Origin: an uncultured Bacilli bacterium
Lineage (GTDB): Bacteria > Bacillota_I > Bacilli_A > RF39 > UBA660
Length of the DNA stretch: 64,000 bases
Assembly (NCBI GenBank): GCA_934149245.1
Contig: CAKPER010000002.1
Coordinates: 4,879 to 68,878 of the forward strand
Direction: 5' to 3'
In this document: in pieces, positions 57,640 to 64,000 of the stretch
How positions within the stretch are numbered: the stretch's first letter is position 1
How the letters are laid out: the number at the start of each line of letters is the position of its first letter
Program-made: the position numbers and the translations under genes
Notes under the pieces: generated by a model
Told to the model about the DNA's origin: nothing
Seen by the model: the letters and a program-made list of their open reading frames with translations, nothing else
The model's database searches: none

Positions 57640-58030
57640 AAAAAATATATTTTTAAAAACTCAAGGAAAAGAAAAATTTAGTAAAAGTTTAGGTCATGCT
57701 ATTGATGGTGTTGATTATACAATTAATCATGAGCGAAATATTAAAATTGAAATATTTTTTGCTATAATTGCAAGTATTTTAGGATTTATTTTAAAAATAT
57801 CATTGATAGAATGGCTGATTATAATATTGGCAATGGGAATTGTATTAAGTGCAGAATTAATAAATACTGCTATAGAAAGAACCGTAGATTTAGTTACAAA
57901 GGATTATGAAGAGTTAGCTAAAGTTGCAAAAGATGCAGCAGCTGGTGCGGTGCTCGTTTCAAGTATATTTGTAGCAATTATAGGTATAATAATATTTTTA
58001 CCTAAAATAATAGCGATAATTAAATTGTAA
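57623..58030 (+). CDS. dgkA: Diacylglycerol/undecaprenol kinase (DgkA family)
   Basis: 3-TM protein with ELINTAIE and KDAAAGAVL motifs. Conserved position after ybeY. Confidence 0.8.
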   Translation: MRLFGKKNIFLKTQGKEKFSKSLGHAIDGVDYTINHERNIKIEIFFAIIASILGFILKISLIEWLIIILAMGIVLSAELINTAIERTVDLVTKDYEELAKVAKDAAAGAVLVSSIFVAIIGIIIFLPKIIAIIKL

Positions 58031-58100
58031 AAAAAGATGATTTTATAGAAAGGATAAGTGTAGTAAATAAAAAAATCTACACTAATTAGGTGTTTGATAA

Positions 58101-58490
58101 ATGAAAGAAAAGTTATTAGAATTATTAGAAAATTCATATAGCCCTTATTCCAAGTTTAAAGTAGCAGCTATAGCTGTTATGAAAGACGGAAAGGAATTTG
58201 TAGGAGTAAATGTAGAAAATGCTAGTTATGGAGTTTGTAATTGTGCTGAGAGGAGTGCAATATTTTCGGCAATAAGTAATGGCTATAAAAGATATGATTT
58301 TGAAAAATTGTATGTAATGTGTGATTGCGATGAGATAGGTACACCTTGTTTTATATGTAGACAAGTTATAAGTGAAATGTTTGAGCTAGAAAAAAAGGTA
58401 GTATGTATTAGTCCTAAGGGTGAAAAAAAAGAATTTAATGTATCAGAACTTTGCCCATTTCCATTTAATGATACAACATTAAATAGTTAA
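58101..58490 (+). CDS. cdd: Cytidine deaminase
   Basis: CAERSA and PCFICRQ zinc-binding motifs. Confidence 0.88.
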   Translation: MKEKLLELLENSYSPYSKFKVAAIAVMKDGKEFVGVNVENASYGVCNCAERSAIFSAISNGYKRYDFEKLYVMCDCDEIGTPCFICRQVISEMFELEKKVVCISPKGEKKEFNVSELCPFPFNDTTLNS

Positions 58491-58502
58491 GGTGAATTTA
58501 AG

Positions 58503-59393
58503 ATGAAAAGTGGATTTGTAAGTATAGTTGGTCGTCCAAATGTTGGCAAGAGTACATTATTAAATTCTATCATAAATAAAAAAATAGCTATTACTTCTAA
58601 TACAGCGCAAACTACAAGAAATATAATTCAAGGAATATATAATGATGATAATTCTCAAATTGTTTTTGTTGATACTCCTGGAATTCATAAACCTCATAAC
58701 AAATTAGGAAAAATTTTAAACGAACAAGCTTATTATTCAATGGATGGTGTTGATCTTGTTTTATTCTTGATTGATGTAACACAAGATTTTGGTAAAGGAG
58801 ATGAATTTGTTTTAAACAAACTAAAAGAATCTAATATTCCTGTATTATTAGTTATAAACAAAATAGATAAAGTAAAATATGACACAATATTACCAAAAAT
58901 TAAACAACTAAATGATGTATTTGATTTTAAAGAAATTATACCTATTTCAGCAATAAAAAAAACAAATATTGATGATTTAATACAAACAATAAAGAACTAT
59001 TTAACAGATGATATAAAATATTATGATGAAGATACTATTACAAATCATGGAGAGAAATTTAGTATTTCGGAAATAATTCGTGAAAAAGTATTGAACTTGA
59101 CTCATGAGGAAGTGCCACATTCTGTAAGTTGTATGGTTGATTTGATTGAGGAAGATAAAAGAAGTGTAAGTATAAATGCTTTTATTATAGTGGATAGAGA
59201 AAGTTTAAAAAAAATACTAATTGGAGCTAAAGGCACAATGATAAAAAATGTAGGGATTTTAGCTAGAAAAGATATAGAAAACTTATTAGGAAAAAAAGTT
59301 TACTTAGATTTAAAAGTAAAGGTAGTTAAAAATTGGAAAGATAAAAATAGCTTTTTAGCACAAGAATTAGGATTTTCTGATTTTATTGAATAA
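58503..59393 (+). CDS. era: GTPase Era
   Basis: G1 GRPNVGKST, G3 DTPG, G4 NKID, and a C-terminal KH domain. Confidence 0.92.
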   Translation: MKSGFVSIVGRPNVGKSTLLNSIINKKIAITSNTAQTTRNIIQGIYNDDNSQIVFVDTPGIHKPHNKLGKILNEQAYYSMDGVDLVLFLIDVTQDFGKGDEFVLNKLKESNIPVLLVINKIDKVKYDTILPKIKQLNDVFDFKEIIPISAIKKTNIDDLIQTIKNYLTDDIKYYDEDTITNHGEKFSISEIIREKVLNLTHEEVPHSVSCMVDLIEEDKRSVSINAFIIVDRESLKKILIGAKGTMIKNVGILARKDIENLLGKKVYLDLKVKVVKNWKDKNSFLAQELGFSDFIE

Positions 59394-59432
59394 AAACATC
59401 CAAAATGTCACATTCTTAAAATGGTGATACTT

Positions 59433-59543
59433 ATGAATAATTATGATTTATGGCTTTTATTTCAAAAAACAGGTAAAATAGAATATTACTTAAAATATAA
59501 AGAAAGTTTAAAAGAAATAATAAAAAATGATAAAAAAAATTGA
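59433..59543 (+). CDS. YqzL-like small protein (36 aa)
   Basis: MNNYDLWLLFQKTGKIEYYLKYKES.. resembles the YqzL family core (W..F..TG.I..YL.YK). Same era-yqzL-recO position as in Bacillus. Overlaps the recO start by 17 nt. Confidence 0.5.
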   Translation: MNNYDLWLLFQKTGKIEYYLKYKESLKEIIKNDKKN

Positions 59544-60273
59544 AGGAATAATAGTAAGTACAGTTGATTATGGAGAAAATAGCAAAATTTTAAATGTGCT
59601 AACAAAAGAAGATGGTATTATTGGACTATATGCCAAAGGATGCAAAAGACCAAAAAGTCTTATAGCAGCAACATCAAATGTTCTAACATATGGAATATTT
59701 CATTTTAATGAAAAAAATGAAAAGTTATCAAACTTAATGGAAGTTGATATTATTGAAAACTTTGAAAATCTAAAACAAAATTTTTCGAAAATAAGTTATG
59801 CTCTTTATGTAACAGAATTAGCCTCTAAAGTATATAAACATAGTTCAAATAATAGTATTTATCCATTATTAATAACAGCTTTAAAAAAAATAGATGCTGG
59901 TCTTGATGGTGAGGTTGTTTGCGATATAGTGGAATTAAAATTATTAGATGATTTAGGTATAAAACCAGTAATAGATAGATGTGTAAATTGTGGAAAAAAG
60001 GATAATATAGTAACACTATCTAGTTATAAAGGCGGATATTTATGTAAAAATTGTGCAAATGGAGAAAAAATCTTTAATATAAAAACTTTGAAATTAGTAA
60101 AAATGTTTTATTATTTAGACTTGGAAAAGGTAACAAAATTAGAAATTAGCGATAATATAAAAAGAGAATTATCTCTCTTTATAAATGATTACTATGATAG
60201 ATATTCTGGATTATATTTAAAAACAAAAAATTTTATCGACAAATACCAATATTTAATTAGTGATGCCAATTAG
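59527..60273 (+). CDS. recO: DNA repair protein RecO
   Basis: N-terminal OB fold (IEGIIVSTVDYGENSKIL) and zinc finger CVNCG..CKNC. Confidence 0.85.
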   Translation: MIKKIEGIIVSTVDYGENSKILNVLTKEDGIIGLYAKGCKRPKSLIAATSNVLTYGIFHFNEKNEKLSNLMEVDIIENFENLKQNFSKISYALYVTELASKVYKHSSNNSIYPLLITALKKIDAGLDGEVVCDIVELKLLDDLGIKPVIDRCVNCGKKDNIVTLSSYKGGYLCKNCANGEKIFNIKTLKLVKMFYYLDLEKVTKLEISDNIKRELSLFINDYYDRYSGLYLKTKNFIDKYQYLISDAN

Positions 60274-60486
60274 CTAAAAAAATAAAGTCCAAAATAATAA
60301 AAATAGAAAAATTAAATATTCAACCAGTAAAATCATAATATTATAAAAGCAAGGAATAAATAGACTAATTATTAATTGATAAAAAGTTATAATAGGAAGA
60401 ATAATACAAAAACCAATAGCAGCATATAGTTTAAGACCAATGCAACTTCTCATAAATCTATTAAAATTATTTCTCATGATAACCAC
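60274..60486 (-). CDS. Possible small 2-TM membrane protein
   Basis: 70-aa hydrophobic ORF with a GGTGG-like RBS (AGGTGGTT upstream). It could also be a chance ORF in AT-rich DNA. Confidence 0.3.
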   Translation of the reverse strand: MVIMRNNFNRFMRSCIGLKLYAAIGFCIILPIITFYQLIISLFIPCFYNIMILLVEYLIFLFLLFWTLFF

Positions 60487-60509
60487 CTATAATAGAATAT
60501 GAAATATAA

Positions 60510-60542
60510 AAAAATTTGTTAAAAATTTGTTAAAAATTTGTC
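60510..60542. repeat. Three tandem 11-bp units AAAAATTTGT(T/C)
   Basis: Exact units at 60510-60520 and 60521-60531. The third, at 60532-60542, has one change. Confidence 0.8.
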
Positions 60543-60631
60543 CAATTTAAAAAAAGATTTAAATACTAGTAAAATATTCTTTTTTTTTTAACTCTTTTAG
60601 TATATAATTATTATGTGAAAAGGTGATATAA

Positions 60632-61486
60632 ATGAATAAAAAGAGAAAAAAATTGGAGCTTAGATACATAATTTTAATTGTAACAGTAATATTTATAATT
60701 TTAGTAGCAATACTATCATATTCTTTAAAAACAAATAAACAGTTAAGTACATTCGAATCAATTGTAAAAGATGTTGTAGTAGAAATTCAAAAAATAACAT
60801 ACATGCCGGTTAAAAATTTTAATACTGTAATATCTGATTATAAAAGTTTAAAAAAAGTACTAGAAGAAAATAAAATTTTAAAATCTAATGTTGATAAAAT
60901 TGAATCACTTGAGGCAGAGAATAATGAATTAAAGCAAGAAATAAATGATATGAAGAATGAATTGAATATAGAACATGTTTTAAGCGATTATGATTATTTA
61001 AATGCAACAGTTGTTAGTAGGAATGCTTCCACATGGTATAATAATTTGACAATTGATAAGGGAAGTCATAATGGAATAAAAGAGGGGATGGTAGTCATAA
61101 ATTCAACAGGGGTAATAGGTAAAACCACTAATGTTTCTACATTCTCATCAGATGTAAAACTAATAACAACAACAGATACTAACAATAAAATATCTGTAAC
61201 AATTCAAAGTAATGGTAAAAAGTTAACAGGTTTAATAAATGGATATGATTACAAAACCAAAAATTTAGAAATAGAGGGTATAAGTAATACAGATACAGTA
61301 TCAGTAGGAGATCAAGTATATACATCAGGATTAGGAGGAGTATTTCCTAGTGGAATATTAATAGGAAAAGTAAAAAGCATTACTACAGATGTATATGATT
61401 TATCAAAAATAATAAATGTTGAACCATCAGCTAATTTTGAAGATATAAATTATGTAACAGTATTGAAAAGAGCTGATACAAAATGA
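60632..61486 (+). CDS. mreC: Rod shape-determining protein MreC
   Basis: TM anchor, coiled coil (ENNELKQEINDMKNEL), and beta-barrel core with GMVVINSTGVIGKT and GGVFPSGILIGKV. Confidence 0.85.
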   Translation: MNKKRKKLELRYIILIVTVIFIILVAILSYSLKTNKQLSTFESIVKDVVVEIQKITYMPVKNFNTVISDYKSLKKVLEENKILKSNVDKIESLEAENNELKQEINDMKNELNIEHVLSDYDYLNATVVSRNASTWYNNLTIDKGSHNGIKEGMVVINSTGVIGKTTNVSTFSSDVKLITTTDTNNKISVTIQSNGKKLTGLINGYDYKTKNLEIEGISNTDTVSVGDQVYTSGLGGVFPSGILIGKVKSITTDVYDLSKIINVEPSANFEDINYVTVLKRADTK

Positions 61487-61995
61487 TTATTTTAAGTGTA
61501 TTTGTTTTTTTAATATCGTTTTTATTTCAAGGATTAATTTCAAATATTCATAATTATACGATAATACATTTGTCTATATTTAGTGCTATATATTTGTTGT
61601 TAGCACTAGTTGTATTGCAACCGTATTTTGAAAACGATAAAAAATTTATTATAATGTTGTTAGTTTTTGGTATATTGTTTGACATAACATATACTAATAC
61701 TTTTGTTTTAAGTACATGTATATTTATTATAATATTTTATTTAAATAAATTTTTGAATTTTATTTTTCCATATAATTTATTTACAGTAAACATGTTTGCA
61801 CTAATATCAATGATTGTGTATCATGTTATAACTTTTATTTTTTTAACTGTTTTTAAGTTTGATTCTTATGGTTTTTTAACTTTATTAAAAATAATCATGT
61901 CTAATATTATTATGACCATTACATATACAACAATTGTTTATTATATAGTGATATTTATTTCTAAAAAATTTAATTTGAAAGTAGTTAAAGATTGA
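61483..61995 (+). CDS. mreD: Rod shape-determining protein MreD
   Basis: 5-TM small protein overlapping the mreC stop (ATGA). Call rests mainly on position. Confidence 0.65.
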   Translation: MIILSVFVFLISFLFQGLISNIHNYTIIHLSIFSAIYLLLALVVLQPYFENDKKFIIMLLVFGILFDITYTNTFVLSTCIFIIIFYLNKFLNFIFPYNLFTVNMFALISMIVYHVITFIFLTVFKFDSYGFLTLLKIIMSNIIMTITYTTIVYYIVIFISKKFNLKVVKD

Positions 61996-62241
61996 ATACA
62001 AATGTTTCTTAAATATTTAAATAAACCTTTAGCTTTAACATTTTTTGATGACTTTGTAATTATAAAATATACTAACACTATTTATTTGTATCAATCAACT
62101 TTATTTCTTAATAATATGATAAGATAAAAATGAAAAAATTCTCATGTAATTTATTCTAACAAACTATTGCTTTTATTATATTTTATTTGTTATAATTAGT
62201 AAAAGGAAAAGTAAGGGAGTAATAATTTGGAGGAATAAGTT

Positions 62242-64000
62242 GTGAATGATAAAAGATTAATTGAAAGTAAGTTAGAATTTTTAGAGGAAATGTCGAATAG
62301 ATTTCCTACTAGAGATGATGCAGCAACTGAGATAATCAATTTAAGTTCAATTTTGGCATTGCCTAGAAGTATTGAACATTTTATGAGTGATTTACATGGG
62401 CAAGCAGATGCGTTTAATCATATTCTAAATAATGCATCAGGTGGAATTAGATTTAGAATAGGACAATTATTTGATAATGTTCTTACTAAAGAAGAGGAAG
62501 ATGAGTTAGCAACTCTTATATATTACCCTAGAGAAAAAATGAATTTAGTATTAAATAGTGTTTATAACAAGGATAATTGGTATAGAGAAAATTTACTTAG
62601 AATTATTGAAGTCGCAAAGAAATTTTCATCACGATATACTAGAAGTAAAGTGAGAAAGATTTATATTGATAGTAAATTATCTTATATAATAGATGAAGTT
62701 TTAAATAATAAAATAGAAGAAGAAAATAAAAATAAGTACTATAATGCTATTATAGATACGATAATTAAACTAGGCTATGCTGATAAGTTGATAATAGAAC
62801 TTTCTTCTGTTATAAAGCAATTGGCAGTAGATGAGTTACATATAGTAGGGGATATTTATGATAGGGGACCAGAACCACATAAAATTATGGATTTATTGGA
62901 AAAATATCATACTGTTGATATAGAATGGGGAAATCATGATATATTATGGATTGGTGCAACTCTTGGAAGCGATATATGCGTTTCTGGAGTAATTACTAAT
63001 AGCGTTAGACATAATAATTTATCTATATTAGAAGATACTTATGGTATAAATTTGAGGCAACTCGCAAATTTTGCTGAAAATACTTATGATGATGCTTTAA
63101 TATGGAGACCAAGAAAAACTAGTTATGAAGATTATCATAATGATTTAGCAGTAAGACAGGCAGCTAGAATTCATAAGGCTATCTCTGTTATTATGTATAA
63201 ATTGGAAGGAAATTTAGCTTTAATACATCCAGAGTATGATATGAGCCATCGAAGGCTGTTAGATAAGATTAATTATCAAAATAGTACAATAAATATTGAT
63301 GGTAATATCTATAAGCTGGAGGATATTAAGTTTCCAACGATTGATAAAAATAATCCTTATGCTTTAACAGATGAAGAGGAGAAAATAATCAGTAATTTAA
63401 CAAAATCATTTTTAAATAGTGAGGCTTTACAGAGACATATAGCGGTATTTATTAATAAGGGATCCATGTATAAGATAGAAAATAATAATTTGATGTATCA
63501 TGCTTTAGTTCCATTATGTAGTGATGGTAGTTTAAAGAAAGTTAATATAGGTAATGTTTCGCTATCGGGTAAAAGACTTTTTGATTATATAGATGCTATG
63601 GTTAGGAAACTTTATTATAATAAACAAAATAATAGTCAGTATGATTTGGATTTAATGTGGTATTTATGGTGTGGTGCAGATTCTCCTTTTTTTGGAAAAG
63701 ATAAGATGACGACATTCGAAAGAGTACTGATTAAAGATAAAGATTCTCATAAGGAAAGAAGAAACTATTATTATACTTATCAGGAAAATCGTAAAGTAAT
63801 GGAGAATATAATGATAAATTTTGGTATAAAAGATGTTAGTAATGCTCATATAATTAATGGTCATATTCCTGTTGAGAAAATTAATGGTGAATCACCTTTA
63901 AAAGCTGATGATGCTGTAATTGTTATAGATGGTGGATTTTCTAAAGCATATCAGAAAACTACAGGAATAGCAGGATATACTTTAGTGTCTGGTTCTACTG
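62242..64000 (+). CDS. fbp: Fructose-1,6-bisphosphatase class 3, 5' ~586 codons (runs off the window; not in the supplied ORF track)
   Basis: GGAGG RBS with GTG start. Manual translation is open to base 64000. EIINLSSILALPRSIEHFMSDLHGQ, HIVGDIYDRGP, WGNHD, LWYLWCGADSPFFGKDKMTTFER, IINGHIPV and IDGGFSKAYQKTTGIAGYTL are hallmark class 3 FBPase motifs. Confidence 0.88.
   Translation, partial: MNDKRLIESKLEFLEEMSNRFPTRDDAATEIINLSSILALPRSIEHFMSDLHGQADAFNHILNNASGGIRFRIGQLFDNVLTKEEEDELATLIYYPREKMNLVLNSVYNKDNWYRENLLRIIEVAKKFSSRYTRSKVRKIYIDSKLSYIIDEVLNNKIEEENKNKYYNAIIDTIIKLGYADKLIIELSSVIKQLAVDELHIVGDIYDRGPEPHKIMDLLEKYHTVDIEWGNHDILWIGATLGSDICVSGVITNSVRHNNLSILEDTYGINLRQLANFAENTYDDALIWRPRKTSYEDYHNDLAVRQAARIHKAISVIMYKLEGNLALIHPEYDMSHRRLLDKINYQNSTINIDGNIYKLEDIKFPTIDKNNPYALTDEEEKIISNLTKSFLNSEALQRHIAVFINKGSMYKIENNNLMYHALVPLCSDGSLKKVNIGNVSLSGKRLFDYIDAMVRKLYYNKQNNSQYDLDLMWYLWCGADSPFFGKDKMTTFERVLIKDKDSHKERRNYYYTYQENRKVMENIMINFGIKDVSNAHIINGHIPVEKINGESPLKADDAVIVIDGGFSKAYQKTTGIAGYTLVSGST

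Noticed and set aside
1-64000. Alternative genetic code (for example UGA=Trp, as in Mollicutes), considered because of the extreme AT content.
   Set aside because: All conserved genes read through with the standard code, Trp is encoded by TGG at conserved positions, and TGA is used as a stop (for example the YqzL-like ORF). The single in-frame TAA at 25577 is isolated.
1-64000. CRISPR arrays, rRNA genes, prophage structural modules, and reverse-transcriptase or retron-like elements.
   Set aside because: No regularly spaced direct repeats with unique spacers, no rRNA-like conserved stretches, and no capsid, tail, terminase or RT motifs were seen in any frame of the ORF track or during manual reading of intergenic regions.

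Overview
Very AT-rich chromosomal segment (roughly three-quarters A+T by eye) that reads with the standard bacterial code. It appears to come from a low-GC, anaerobic, spore-forming Firmicute. Supporting genes are spoIIP, dacB-spmA-spmB, a YjcZ-like mini-protein, class III RNR nrdD/nrdG, the ybeY-dgkA-cdd-era-yqzL-recO block, mreCD and a T-box-controlled leuS.

Most of the window is housekeeping: pyk, def, tRNA-Thr, an ABC-F ATPase, a cysteine desulfurase with thioredoxin-like genes, dtd, leuS, an addA-like helicase-nuclease, sod, and class 3 fbp running off the 3' end.

Five regions stand out:
1. A SEDS (SpoVE/FtsW/RodA-family) gene is split into a 330-codon 5' part and a 33-codon 3' part by a ~2.95-kb element. 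The element encodes only a large serine recombinase, a ParE/RelB-type toxin-antitoxin pair and one tiny ORF. A GG crossover reconstructs an in-frame 362-aa gene and dyad-symmetric attB/attP cores.
2. Class III ribonucleotide reductase is in two pieces. The glycyl-radical motif lies on a separate 57-aa ORF with its own RBS, between nrdD and nrdG.
3. Next to the element sits an uncharacterised cluster. It has a repeat protein interrupted by one in-frame TAA, a cold-shock-like OB protein, and an amidoligase plus C26 amidohydrolase pair with its own consensus promoter.
4. A minimal double-glycine bacteriocin locus: a C39-ABC exporter, a coupled mini-TM ORF and two GG-leader peptides.
5. An intact ISAs1-family IS with 20-bp inverted repeats and a 9-bp target duplication.

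No CRISPR array and no rRNA were seen. All calls come from reading translations and motifs by eye; no database search was possible.
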